From: Hormiphora californensis
Taxonomy: Eukaryota > Animalia > Ctenophora
Length of the DNA: 64,000 nt
Direction: 5' to 3'
Assembly (NCBI GenBank): GCA_020137815.1
Contig: CM035356.1
Coordinates: 2,232,001 to 2,296,000 of the forward strand
Part shown: piece by piece, positions 1-24,353 of the stretch
How the letters are laid out: the number at the start of each line of letters is the position of its first letter
Position numbering within the stretch: position 1 is the first letter of the stretch
The notes under the pieces: generated by a model
What the model saw: only the letters and a program-made list of their open reading frames with translations
Database searches by the model: none
Told to the model about the DNA's origin: nothing
Program-made: the position numbers and the translations under genes

Positions 1-309
1 TATGGGCATAGCTCGTGCCAACGTAATTGGGCCATGGTAGAGCCAAAACTTTGTGATAAAATGTTTTAGAATGATCGTAGGAGCTCATTTAACCCGATAC
101 CAAGTGAAATTTTGAATTAAATTAACCATTTGAAAAAATAGCACACCGCATAGCACTGCGCACTTCCGATTACCGTGTACTTTTTTTTGGTCATACTAGA
201 CACCTATCCGGACCTATTGGTGAAGAAATTAGCTTGTTAAAAATTTTGCTGAAAACTTGGCCCTTTTTTTACTAAAATCCCCTAACTAAACTGTGCATCA
301 GATTTAGTA

Positions 310-480
310 CAGTCGGACCCCGATTTAGGGACACCCTCGGGGGAAAGGCTCTTGTCCACTAAATCGGGGTGTCCACTAAATCGGGGTCAAATAAGGTTAA
401 TTTCCTATATTGGGGGGAAAAATCCTGTCCCTAAATCGGGGTGCCACTAAATCGGGGGGCCCTAAATCGGGGTCCGACTG
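310..480. mobile_element. MITE, Tc1/mariner (pogo/Tigger)-like, 171 bp
   Basis: TIR CAGTCGGACCCCGATTTAGGG ... CCCTAAATCGGGGTCCGACTG, TA on both flanks (308-309, 481-482), internal repeats of CTAAATCGGGG. Confidence 0.85.
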
Positions 481-804
481 TACTCTGCACTGATTTTCTA
501 AAATACAGCAAGGACTGAACTGCACTCTGCAGGTCTCGCCTGAGCTGCAGCACTACTACCCGCCTATCACCAACCACCACTCTTTAACTGGCGATGACAC
601 ACGCTCAGTAAACATACTCAGTACCTACAGATATAGAAAACCAAACCAGCTTGTAGCAAGCAATGGCAGTATTATTTGTCATCTAAATAAAATTGGGTCT
701 CGACTAAAGGCTGTTAGATTGCTAAGAGAAATTAGAAAGAGAGCATTGGTTAGTAACCATTGGTTACTGTCAATTTAGGTGAAAAAAGATAGTGAGCGAG
801 ATAG

Positions 805-1524
<720 letters not shown>

Positions 1525-1678
1525 AAAAAAAGGGATAGAGGAGAAAAAGATAACAGAAGCTTATCGAGGTTTGACTTATCATACGAGTATCGGATTATCA
1601 AACAACAGCTGTTGTGTCCTTTTTTTACTTTCTCGTCTTTTCTTTTTCTCTCTCTCACAACTCCTACAACACAAACAT

Positions 1679-3019
1679 GGGGGGGGGGCCCGCGTATTAA
1701 AATGTCCTTTAATGTCCCTCGATTTTTGGGACATTAAATTGTCCGTTATTATTTAGGACATTAAAAGACATTAAAGGACATTATAAGACATTAAAAGACA
1801 TTAAATTATAACTTCCAAAAACCATTCCAAAATGTGTTACCAAACATGTTTACCACCAATGTACTACTAAAGGTCCCATCTTTCGATTCCAATGAATGTC
1901 ATAAATGTTCACTGGTGATTAGGCTTGCTTTTGCATGGTGCGTGGGTGCGGTACCTTTTTTACATACATGCATATTTCTAGCCTAGACGATGTCTCAAAA
2001 TCATCTTATGAAACGAGTAGAAAAGACACCGAAGGCTTTAGAGTGAGAGAGAACAGCCCCGATTTTGATGAAACTTGGTCAGAATAGTGTTTGGTGTCAA
2101 AAAAAATTTAGTGCTCAACTCCTAAATTTACGATTTTTAGGTTTTTTTTGGTTTTTATGGGTTTCAGGAACGTCCTAGAACAAAATGAATAGAACCATCT
2201 TTCTCAGCGTGAAATTCTGTATCGATTTTAGTGGCTGTAAACCTTTCTATGACGTAGAGTTATCCCGAACGGGTACATGTTATAGGGGCGGGTACATGTT
2301 TTAGGCTAACGGGCGAACCTCTTGTCAGAACACCATGTTATAGGTACTCAATCGACGTGTATTGGTGAGGAAATCATTTTAGTGAAAACCATTTTGATCT
2401 GCGATGTCTGTGTAACGAATAAAACCTAAAAAACCTTACCACATGAAGCATACCCGTTTGGTTTTTGGGATAACTACGTCATAGAAAGGTTTATAGCCAC
2501 TATGATCGATGCAGAATTTCACGCCGAGAAAGATGATGATATTTATTTTGTTCTAGGACGTTCCTGAAACCCATAAAAGCCAAAAAACCTAAAAAACCTA
2601 AAAAAACCTAAATTAAGGATTTGAGCACTCAAAAATTTTTTGACTTCTAATTATACATCAAAGACCATTCTGACTGAGTTTCATCAAAATCGGGGCTATT
2701 TTCACTTTAAAACCTTGACATTTAGTCCAAAACTTCAAAATTTCCGGGGTTCGCTTAGAGGTACAGGGCCACCCTAAAATGAGGCTTAATCACCCCCAAC
2801 ATCTATGGTATTGGTTGGAATCGATAGAGGGGACATTAGAAGTAAATATTAAGTGGTTGAAAACACCATTTTAGTTTAATAATAGCTGAAAATTCATGTT
2901 TTAATTAAATGTCCTTTAATGTCTTTTAATGTCTTTTAATGTCCTTTAATGTCCCAGGGACATTAAAGTCAGACGTGTTTATTTAGGACATGGATATTAA
3001 ATTCACGCGGCCCCCCCCC
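1679..3019. mobile_element. Non-autonomous foldback DNA transposon with G-run/C-run termini (MULE-like)
   Basis: Starts G10-CCCGCG and ends CGCGG-C9. 8-9 bp TSD (C)ACAAACAT at 1670-1678 and 3019-3027. Subterminal GACATTAAA repeats in both orientations. Long internal inverted repeat (~2055-2260 vs ~2470-2700). Confidence 0.8.
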
Positions 3020-3705
3020 ACAAACATACTCCTTCCCTTCTACAGCGACCTAAGTGACGGTATACTATCAAGACAGAGCTAGTACAAACAGTATACTACA
3101 AATATAGTGTAGATGCTACATATTATTCCTTCCGTCTCTGTATACTATAAGTTCAAAACAACCAGCTCTCACTCATTGATCGAGCACTATCGGGTTTTTG
3201 GCGCCCTCTATAGTATACTATAAGTTCCTATAAGATTAGAGGTGTGTGTCAAGTGTGACAGATTGACACTTTAATGAACAGCATATATCGGTATTTATTT
3301 ATTAGGATATTATCTAGGTATAGGTGTTGCTAATTGTACGCCGACTACCACACATGTCTGTATCTTGGCAGTGGTGGCTGGCCTGAGCTATAATTCCTGA
3401 ATGATTTCATATGATTTGGATTTACATGACTATGAAAATCATGTGTAACGATCACATATATATATGTGATACGAGATGACGGTGAATAAATTGAGGGATG
3501 AAGATTGAAAATTATATTAAGCTACCAGAAAAGAAAGAAGAGAGCTCTCTAAAAAATATTAAAATTAAATATAATGAGTAATTCAAAGCAAGAAGAGGTC
3601 CAAGAGCAAGAAAGCGAGAAATTGATGGCGAGAGAAGAACATGAAGGGAATGAAAAAAATAGAAAGCGAATGAGAAGATTACCGGGTAATGTCGAGCTCT
3701 CGGTA

Positions 3706-3821
<116 letters not shown>

Positions 3822-3878
3822 TGAGATAATAAAGGGAGAGAGCTCTTTGAATAATTATTTATCATTACACATTGCCGT

Positions 3879-3912
<34 letters not shown>

Positions 3913-4274
3913 TTCTCATCATAATCGCAGGAACGAAGTACATTATTGCCATTTTCTAGAATATCACATTTCCTGATATTAATGCAGGTGTTTCTGATAG
4001 CCATGCGGACAAAATCACGATAATAAAGTTCATTAAATGAACATATATCTTTGTCACAAATTAAAAACAACGATAGTTTTTAAGGTCTATACACATGTTT
4101 CATGATGTCCCACGAGGGGACACCAATCATCAGTAGATATCTTTGTCTGAAGAAGCTGGATAGAACAACGAGGTGTGAGCCAATTTAATATTCATATCAT
4201 ATCATGTTCATAGTATGCATATTAAAATTATTCCACCCAACATATAATTCATAATCATTCACAACCCGTTCCAC

Positions 4275-4350
4275 CTGTCAGAGCATTGGCCTGACCCATT
4301 CTCGTTTCTCTCAAAGCGCGAGAACTGTGGTCAGAGCATTGGCCTGACAG
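4275..4350. mobile_element. 76-bp micro-element with 8-bp TSD
   Basis: CTGTCAG...CTGACAG ends, TSD CGTTCCAC (4267-4274, 4351-4358), two direct copies of GTCAGAGCATTGGCCTGAC. Confidence 0.65.
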
Positions 4351-7076
4351 CGTTCCACCGAAGATATATAAGACATGATAACATAGTTTACGAAATATTT
4401 ATCTGGATTCTAGGGTAAAGATCACCCAGTTAACTTTTGACGACGGGCGGTAGCTGCAGGGGTCCGATCACACTGCATTATCACACCTGATCACACACAT
4501 ACAATCACGTGTTGAGGTTGTCCAGACAGTGTCTCAGCTGCCCCATCAAAGAATTGAATTGTTCATACAAGCAAGGACACAGTGTCAATTAGTGACTCAA
4601 TCAAAGAAGAACAGCAGTTTGAACATATATATTTGTGTGAGGAGGCCACATCCAGACAATATGTGAATGGCTCAACCCCCCCCCCCCTTGAAGATACAGA
4701 CAGCACACAATAGCAGAGTAGTCTCCAAAGGAGAAGTGATCCCTGGCAGGGCTGCCATACACACACAGTCTACACATATTCTGTGTGTGTACCTATAATA
4801 CAAGCAAACAAAGTGAGTGAATAATGGAACCAACAACAAACAAAGAGAGAGGATGTGGGTATAATATGGGACACTATAAACACACACATAGAGCATGGGT
4901 AATTGGAGCGGATAGATCAACACACTATTGAGGGCCTTTGAGGGGTGATCCCTTAGGGATCGGAGTTCTGACGTCATTGAACATGGAAAAAGGGGCCGTA
5001 AATTGTAGGGAATGTGGAGATAGATCGTTTAATATTAAAAAGAGGGGGCTCAAAAACAACAATGATGCATCACGTCATTCTAGTCCTTCTAGCCCATCAA
5101 TCATACCATATAATATCACCATCAGACCATATTCTAACTATGTGTATTTGACTTGCTTGACCTTGGGGCGCGCGAATAACAGTCTAACTTGGCAAGCTCG
5201 ACCCTGTTACAAATGTAAATGAGGGTTAGAACACAACAAATGTGTACAACTCTGCAATGAAGCGCCTGTATAACAGTATAGGGAGAACCTACACACAACA
5301 CACACTGAATCAACAACGCAACCCTAATAATAGATAAAATATATGCTTGGATATGTGGAAGGAAGAGATTCAAAGCAAACAGTGAATAATAAAGAAGAAG
5401 TGGCAATAGTTAATATTAAGATTATAGTTCTGTGAATGTTACCAGTCACATATAATATCATTCAAGCTCCACATAGAGAGGCAGAGAGAGGGAGGGAGAG
5501 AGGGAGAGAGAGAGGGAGGGAGAGAGAGAGAGAGAGAACCCTCTCTTGAAAAGACACATTATATTCAGTGCGTCTCGGGCGAGGAATGAAGCTGTAGTGC
5601 TCGGAGAAACGGGAGAAAGCAGCATTATTTATGAACAAAAACTTGCCGCCTGAATTAGGAAGCCCAGCTTGAAAGGATGGGGGTGACGAAGTTACAAAGA
5701 GAAAACTGCTGTGATGAAGGGGAGAAGAATGTGGCACCTGGTAGTACTGTGGGAACCGGGGAATGAAGCTGAATAAAGAATATTATGTGAGAAGGAGAGA
5801 ACTGGCCATTCAGAAGTGAGGAGAGAATTCTCAGTCAAATGTGAGAGAGAACTAGCTCCTATAGTGGAAGTGTGCAACCAGACTCGGAACACAATAGAAG
5901 CACGTGTACATGGAATGTGCGTGTTTCTGAAACAATACCCAACAATCTGAAGAGAGAAAGTTGGACACGGGGTTAAATGGTATCGTTTAGAAATGATGGA
6001 CCAATGCTGTGCTAGGGTGATATCAAATGGTCACCAGTTACACCACCAGTTACAGGGTGATATCAAATGGTCAATGAAGGGCACATTATCCAGCTGAATC
6101 ATGAGACCAAATCCAAAGAGTTGGCAGATCTACAAACCATGAGAGATCAAACAAACAAACGGACAAAGATTAGTACAAACCAAGAGAAATCTCATACAAC
6201 AAGAAACCAACCAAGAGGGCCATGTGTCATGTGTGTATCAACTAGGAAGCCCGTGTTACTATACCGCGTCAGAGAATCTCTGACAGAGATCTGTCACATA
6301 TATATCGGACACCCTGATACACATATGGCCTGAACTCTTCCTCCTCCTCCTCTTCTCTTGCTCTCTCTCTCTCTCTCGCTCCCCCACAACAATATGCCCA
6401 TCTTCAGATATAATATCGCTGTCAACCTGCCAGGATTTCTCAATAGAACAGAATATTGAACTGAAAAGTGAAGAAATGGCATACAAAATCACCAGAGAAT
6501 TGTCAGTCAACGATCCCTAATTTTCCGAATTACAGTTTGATAAATCCGGTCCGATCAATGACAGGTGTGAAAATTGCCGTCAAGTCAAACCTACAAATTT
6601 CCACAAATTCCATCTTATAGGGGGACGGGCTCCCTTATTCTTTTCGGGGCCGGGAAAAGGCCAATATCAGCGGGAGAGATCAAAAATTGAGGTACACAAA
6701 ATGGTGTAAGGGTCAACTAAGGACAGAACAACTATATCCCCATTAGTTACAACAGCCCCAGGGTCATACGCAGGGGAGAGGGACAGAGAGCTAAAAGGGG
6801 TGGATTGTGTGGAGTCTTGATAATTCTCCGAAACAGAACAAGATCTGGATAGGGTGCAGCTGTCAGTCAGCAACATTACATCCATCTGCAACAACACCCT
6901 GACCTCAACATTCTACAGAACAAGTCTAAATTACCTCCGATATAAATAAAGTCTCAATTGTACCTCAATTATGAAGAGACACTCAGGATGACAAGCTTTT
7001 CTAAATTTAACCCTCTTATTCCTCTTGAACCAGCTAGTCTCACGCAACAATTCAATGCGTTCTGTCCCTCAAATAA

Positions 7077-7167
<91 letters not shown>

Positions 7168-7265
7168 GTGGTTAGATAAACGAGATAGGTATAACTGCAA
7201 CTGGTGCTGAGTTTTATATTAGATCACAAAACTAACTGAGCAGACGGTAGTGTGCATGGACCCAG

Positions 7266-7347
<82 letters not shown>

Positions 7348-9597
7348 CTCTCTCACTCAAGCAGTGCAATGTGTTCCATCTGTCAACAGAACTGAGCTCA
7401 CCGAGCTAGAGAGTACACATGTTATAATGGCGGGAAGAGGCATGGATGTTTGGGAGAGATGTAGAACGGGGTCTGAAAAATAATATTTCCATATAGGTTG
7501 ACAATTGACAATTATGAATCTTTAGAATTACTGGATCAAATGAAATGTATAAATTTTGACAATGGGGTGAGGAATTAGAGTTTGTAGAGTATCACGATCA
7601 GATCATAGAAGACAAAGCAGAATCCTGACAAGTGCTGGAATCACGTACACACTATTGTGACAGAATAATAGGAGGGATGATTTGAGAGAACAAAGACAGG
7701 AGAGATTTGGGAGTATATACTGTGAATATGTCTAGACTGGAACTGTGAGACTGGATTTTACAGAAACTGGAGGATAGGGATTGGAGAAAACTCTCTCTTT
7801 TTCTCTCAACCAAGTGAATAATATTCGAGGGTGGCTAATGATCCTCCCAATAAGGCTAGACATTTATCAACATGCGGCAATACACACAGAAGCTGCAAAT
7901 CTGAGCAACTAAAATAGTGAAAATATAATTTCCCAACTCGAATGAACATGTTCTGCAGAGTTGCGGCCGTGGACAGAGCCTTTTAACTAAAACTCCCGGT
8001 AAACATATATTCATTCTAAGTGTGGAAATAGCTGGAGAAGAGCTAGAAATGTCGATTGCGTAACACACACAGGCATAAATTTTCTAACTGTGTCTCTCTA
8101 GTTTCTGTCTCTTTTCATCATTTTCTCTTTCGATACTAAAAGTAGTGCTCAAGGATCAGTTTGACGTGTGATAGGAACGCGATGATGACGCCCCCCTCAT
8201 GGAATGGCTGAAATAAACAAAAGAAATGAGAGAGAAAGATAGCTTTATCTAAAGCAACAGTTCTATAACAAGTCACAAGAGGGTCCTATATGCAGCTTGT
8301 ATTTTATACATCTCTCAATGAATATATATACTAACCTCCCTCCCCTGTATAATATATGGCTAAATGGGTACATAACAATTATACATGAGCATATTATATT
8401 AGGTCAGGCCTATATATATTATAACTGCAGGAAGCTGCCGATCATTATCATGTTTAGAGAGAGATCATAGGGCATGAAGCTGACTTGGTATCACGTATGA
8501 ACAATTATACACTTAGCCCGTGTGTTATACGAGTGGTGTTACAATGACTAAACTGCAGTAAAGAAGCTGACACGGAATAAGATAGGAACTAGAAGTGATA
8601 TCTTATCTGGAGATCCAATTTCACACATTTACCGGCATTACCACGTTCATGGGGTGGTTACGAAGTCACCCCTAATATTGCTTTCGCGGAGGGGTAATTT
8701 CATTACCAAGGGGGGGGGGGGGGGAACGTTCATTTCACCCCGATTATTCTAGAAATTGTTGTAAGAACGAACAATTCTAGAAATGAAGGTTGAACAAACT
8801 AATGACGTAGTACGTCTTTCTCAATACCTGACCAACTATGTAGAATCTAGAAAAAGTGAACAGCATGATACGAGTTTACAATAACTAAATTATATCGTTC
8901 TTTATCTTGCAACCCAACAAGTCTGCTGTCATGACTCATGTGGTCCACCCGTCCACATGATATGCAAATTCTATCAGAAACAGAACAAGCACTCTCTCCT
9001 TCTTTCTCTCTAAACCTCTTTTCTCTCTTGACAAACATATTATATTCCACTGCAATTGTAGCAAGTGCTATAATGTGGCAAAGAATAGACCTCGCACAAC
9101 AGTCAGAGCCAGAACTCAGAACACGCATTATATCTCACTTCCCCAACCCTCTCTATCTCACACACACACACTCTCTCTCTCTCTCTCTCTCTCGCTTGTA
9201 TTTACCCCACCCTTCCCTCTCTCTCAAAATTGCTTCTTCCGACTGAGAGACCCTCCTAATATTTCAACACTCATGTGTATAACTCATGGTCTAAGTATCA
9301 CAATTCGCACACAAGTGGGCTGTTGTATTGAACAGGTGGTCGTTAGTTGTCTAAGCTGGGGCATGCAAATATGGATCCGACAATCTATAAATCTACCTTC
9401 CTCTTCCACTCTCTTCGATTATTCCACTAGATCATTACGTTTATAATAGCGTTCTCAGGAATCAAGAAAGATAAACAGATCGCACAAAATTGCATCAAGA
9501 AGACTCAGGAGAGTAGTACTGGCGTGGTAACAATAAATGAGGCGATAGTTGAAAATTTTCACGCAAATTGCTGCTAGAAGAGTTTCTCTCTCTCTCT

Positions 9598-9684
<87 letters not shown>

Positions 9685-10412
9685 TCCCGTCTCCCGTACC
9701 AGTAGTTACAGGAGTGATTACCCCCGATGAGTGTGCTGCAGCAGCGGGATCGGCGCATCATGATCATCATGTGTCGAGGAGTGAGATCGTAGCCAATTAT
9801 ACACATCTCTCATTCGAGAGAGAGCTAGGGCACACATATTCTCTAGAACACACTATACGAGACATGGGAATCCAATGCAGTGATTCCCGAGCAAGATCTT
9901 TGGAGGGAGAGAGAATTAGGCCAAGCTCAGAGCTGCTCCTGCACCAATGTAAGGGGACCTAGATGGAGCAAATTAGGGCTCATGCATTTATTTACTGTAC
10001 AAGATTAGAGCTATACGAGCTGAGCTATCCTAGTTAGTTGGAAATAATTAAATGGGGAGGGGCTTTAATTAAATAGGGAGCGCTGGGAGGGGCTTTAATT
10101 AAATAGGGAGCTGGGAGGGGCTGCTACTACAGTTCATAATTGAGCCATTATAAAAATGGCCGAGTGGGCCAGGCAGCAGGAAATGTGAATATGTCACATG
10201 GATAGACAACTACTCCCCAGTCCCCACTCAACATGTCTTCTAAGATCAAAAAACATCAAATGATTCGATCTATGCACCCGACAAACGATATAATGGTGGC
10301 GGTACTGCAGATAGTTCATAGTTAAAGGCGGAAACGTGTAGAAACACTGTGGGTACTACACACATGTGCCAGAGATGTGTGTGTGGGTACAGATGGTTTA
10401 GAGGAAGGAAAC

Positions 10413-10460
<48 letters not shown>

Positions 10461-11062
10461 GAGGGAGAGAGAGAGAGACTATATGTAGAGAGGAGGGGGA
10501 GAGATTGTTGAGGAAAGGGGACGTGCACGTGAGACTGGGAGACACAGAGGAGAAGCGACTAGCTTGAGATAGAGAGATAGAGAGAGAGGGACGTTAGAGA
10601 AGGAGAGAGAGAGGGGCACTACTGCAACAGCTGATAAAAGATGACACCTGCATGCGGTGTGAGACTGATAAAATTCCATCACAAGAAGGTGTTGTTGACA
10701 GCAGAATATTCTCTGCTGTGCTGGTCTAGAATTCTAAAAGTCTCGATTTCCAAACTTGACACATGACATATCCCCGTCGTCTCTAATCAGAAACTTGGCG
10801 AGAGAAAACTTTCCAGAAACTTCAAAAAGTGTCAGCATACGGGCGACCACTAAAAAGTCACTACATAGACCATCGTTTCTACGGTGGTAGAACGCACTCT
10901 AATCATAATCGTAGAATCGAGAGAGATAGAGAGATACTGAGATAGAGAGATCAGCTTCAAGGAAGGTTGACCTACAGACCTGCTACACAGTGATCGGGGA
11001 GAAGGCAAACTTTAGTTCCTGTTTGCAAGCAGACAGTAATCCCGCTGTATGGGAGAAGGGAT

Positions 11063-11157
<95 letters not shown>

Positions 11158-12033
11158 AGAAGAGGGGAAAGTAGGCACGAATCTCGGAATCTATGCACGT
11201 CAAGATTAATGCGACTAATTTCTACCCTACTAACATAATTATGCATGCTAGCAACGGCGCTATATTTATGCAGTTCCTTCTCAATTAACATGTGTAGTTA
11301 AATTTAGCAAGTTTCATATGTGCCCAGATTAAAATAGTCGCACATAGAAGAGCTGCAACACGTTCATAGAAATACGGGGAATTAAAGTCAAGTGATACTA
11401 CAAAGTTCGCTAAATTCGTTGTTGAGTAATGAATTCGCCCTTTAGCTTTGTGAGCACAATTGGATTAATAATTGACTTATTAAAACGAAACAAAAGTTTA
11501 CGATCCATATCAATGTCGATATTCAATATTCAATATTATCTTAACAGACAAGGGGTGTTAGTCGAGTCTAAGTCAAAACCTAATCAAGCTAAGAATTGTG
11601 CTCAGACCTCAGTCGATACTCGTTCTCCAGAAGTGACCCCGGAGAACAGCATCGAGCAAGGCAAACGTGACATTGGTACCGGATCGTTGGACTTGGAGAA
11701 GAGATTCACAACTCTATAGTTTTCACAATCAATATAATATTCTCGATCTCCCTCTCTTTATTTTCACATCCAACACCAACGTAAACAAGAATAACTGAAC
11801 TACAAAATGTAATCAAGCAATCTCATGAACCTATTAAGCATTATTCCATAATATTCAATAACCCCCAGCAGATAAACAGGGAGGGGGGTAAACATACTGA
11901 TACCTAGCTGGGAAAACATGATCGATTCTCCTTTCGAACAAGAGACGTACAGTTGCAGTGCACCGGGTGCCGACAGTGCTCTATCACAGGGTGAGAGCAA
12001 ATACAAATAGAAACAAGTTAGTTAGTCAAACAA

Positions 12034-12687
12034 TTGTTTCGCCAAATAAACCCCCCGTTTTCTGTTACTGTTGAGACTGATGTGGGGAGGAGGTTCCTCA
12101 ACCTCATCCGCCATCACTTCCCGGCACACCATCCCCTCCACAAGATTGTGAACCCCAACACTGTCAAGATCTCATACTCCTGCATGAAAAATATGGAACG
12201 CATAGTTAAGGGGCACAACAGAAAACTCCTCCAGCAACACGCAAAATCAAACGATAGCCCCCCACCGAGGACCTGCAACTGTCGTGGAAACAGGTGCCCA
12301 TTGGATGGCAATTGTCTGCAGGAAGAAGTCGTGTATCTGGCCCAACTAAAATCCGGGGCAAATGAGGAGCATCACTATGTGGGGATGACCAGCAACACCT
12401 TCAAACAGCGGTTCTACGGCCATACCTCTTCCTTTCGCCACGAGGAGAAGTGTGGGGATACTAAACTGTCTGAGAAGGTGTGGGATAGGAAAAGGAAGGG
12501 TTTGCAATGGGAGATCGATTGGAACATTATCAGAAAGGGCCATGCCTACCGTGTTGGTCAGTCCTCTTGCGATCTGTGCACTTCTGAGAAATTGGAGATT
12601 ATAAATCGGTGTAAGGATCCTCGGCTACTGAATTCTAGAACGGAGATTTTGGCTAAATGCCGGCACAAGAGACGATTTATTTTGTGA
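12034..12687 (+). CDS. C-terminal fragment of Penelope-like polyprotein: linker, Cys motif and GIY-YIG endonuclease (RT absent)
   Basis: NPPFS, CNCxxxxCPLxGxC, VVY...YVG (GIY-YIG), FKQRFxxH, CxLCxxEK, LLNxRxE, CRH. The first few codons come from the inverted pLTR, so the start is not genuine. Confidence 0.88.
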   Translation: MFRQINPPFSVTVETDVGRRFLNLIRHHFPAHHPLHKIVNPNTVKISYSCMKNMERIVKGHNRKLLQQHAKSNDSPPPRTCNCRGNRCPLDGNCLQEEVVYLAQLKSGANEEHHYVGMTSNTFKQRFYGHTSSFRHEEKCGDTKLSEKVWDRKRKGLQWEIDWNIIRKGHAYRVGQSSCDLCTSEKLEIINRCKDPRLLNSRTEILAKCRHKRRFIL

Positions 12688-12802
12688 TTGAAAAGGGACC
12701 CTCATATGAACTCTATTTTTAATCGATTATTTTGGGTTTTTTTAGGAGTAAGAGAGGGAGAGAGAGAGGGAGTGGGGTAGAGAGATTTTTATAGGGAGAG
12801 AG

Positions 12803-12865
<63 letters not shown>

Positions 12866-13002
12866 TGAGTGTGTAAGAGTTTGAGAGAGGGAGATAGTTT
12901 GTGCATGGTTTCATATGTCATAATATAGTGGTGTTTTTGGTCACCGGAGACCTTTTTTCCGGCTTCCTAGCAAGGGGTCCTCGGTGTGTTCTATATGAAA
13001 AA

Positions 13003-13057
13003 TAGTTATTGTCACTGAAGAGCCATTTATTTGGCGAAACAATTGTTTGACTAACTA
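13003..13057 (+). ncRNA. Minimal type I hammerhead ribozyme
   Basis: Stem I GTCA/TGAC (extended by TAGTTA/TAACTA), core CTGAAGA 13015-13021, stem II GCCA-TTTATT-TGGC, GAAAC 13036-13040, palindromic stem III AC-AATT-GT, predicted cleavage after GTT at 13047. Confidence 0.85.
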
Positions 13058-13860
13058 ACTTGTTTCTATTTGTGAACAAGAGACGTAAATAAAAGTAAAT
13101 GATCCGTTTAACAATATATTTTAGAATTAAACGTGGTAGTAGCTAGTAAACTTCTAACAATGGACAAACAGAATAGAAAAGGGTGAAGACTTACCAATTT
13201 GTGCTGAGACTGGTGAACATCTCCAAAGTTATACCGAGGTTACCACTTGCCTAATAAAATCCCTGAGAAAGATAGTATTTTGTCAAGTTGTTTCTTCACT
13301 TTTTGTAGATAAGAACACTACCTGATGTTTTTGAACAGTTCATGTCTCTTGAAGATATATCTCAGTTTTGGTGACGCAGTCACCTGCACCCCTACACTAC
13401 CAGCCGCGGTGATGGTATCACCAACTCTCGGTTCAGCTCGGATATTCAGATTTCACTCCTGAATACAGAATGTTTTGTAAAACTCAATCATCTAGATCAC
13501 TGGATGACGTTTCGTGACTAAAAGACCAGAGAAATGAATGAGATTGTGGAGAAAACCAAGAGAGAAAGAGAGAGCTTGTGCGAGAAAAAGTGGGATTTTC
13601 CGAAACTACTAAAACTGGATTATGAATGATCCCTCAGAGATCACTTTTTTATTCCACCGCCGCCCTGCATATATGAGTAGGAAAAGAAAAATATTGCGTA
13701 TTTTATAGGGTGGATAAGAGATTTTCCAATATATAATAATTATATCAAGCGTAAAAATAAAAAACAAGACTCTCCTTGGTTCAAGAGTTCTGTGGATAAG
13801 AGAGACGGTCCTCATTCGATCTGCATAATATCGTCACTAATAACTTTGCGGTGGAGAAGA

Positions 13861-24137
<10,277 letters not shown>

Positions 24138-24353
24138 CTTGTGTGAGAGAGCTATTACAGTGGTGGGGGTTAGTTGTTTTGTTCTAACCCTTCTTTACCA
24201 AACTAGCTGTAGCAGGGCCCGATGTGAGAGCTATTACAGGGAAGTGGTGGGCCTGGGGGTTAGTGAATTTACTGGGTGGGAAATATAAACTTAGTAATTC
24301 ATATCTTTTTTAGAGTTTTTTCGCAACGTTCTTCTAGCATCGTGATCGTAACA

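Larger units (their letters stand above)
11950..13073 (+). mobile_element. 5'-truncated Penelope-like retroelement (Naiad-type), with inverted partial pLTR at the 5' end
   Basis: 14-bp TSD GAACAAGAGACGTA (11936-11949, 13074-13087). 12003-12050 is the reverse complement of 13026-13073. Contains a GIY-YIG ORF and a hammerhead motif in the 3' pLTR. Confidence 0.9.
10980..13458 (-). other. Probable 5' (largely untranslated) exons of an unidentified minus-strand gene extending leftwards
   Basis: Segments with canonical acceptor/donor boundaries at ~13322-13458, ~13195-13262 and ~10980-11044. No recognisable protein. Confidence 0.3.

Noticed and set aside
1-285. Probable end of a DNA transposon cut by the window edge
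   Set aside because: Partner terminus and TSD lie outside the window, so it cannot be supported.
6015-6074. 20-bp direct repeat as a TSD; similar short repeats at ~10056-10120, 17535-17625, 21110-21165, 26305-26380
   Set aside because: Simple local tandem duplications with no distinct insert.
11429-11719. Neuropeptide-like ORF (GKR and KR sites)
   Set aside because: No signal-peptide exon found and no repeated peptide; dibasic sites are expected by chance.
12900-13000. SECIS element in the Naiad-like 3' UTR
   Set aside because: The hairpin lacks a convincing ATGA/GA quartet with apical AA, and the ORF fragment has no in-frame TGA.
13495-13530. Possible minus-strand hammerhead (CGAAACGTC)
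   Set aside because: No CTGANGA box or stem II at the required position.
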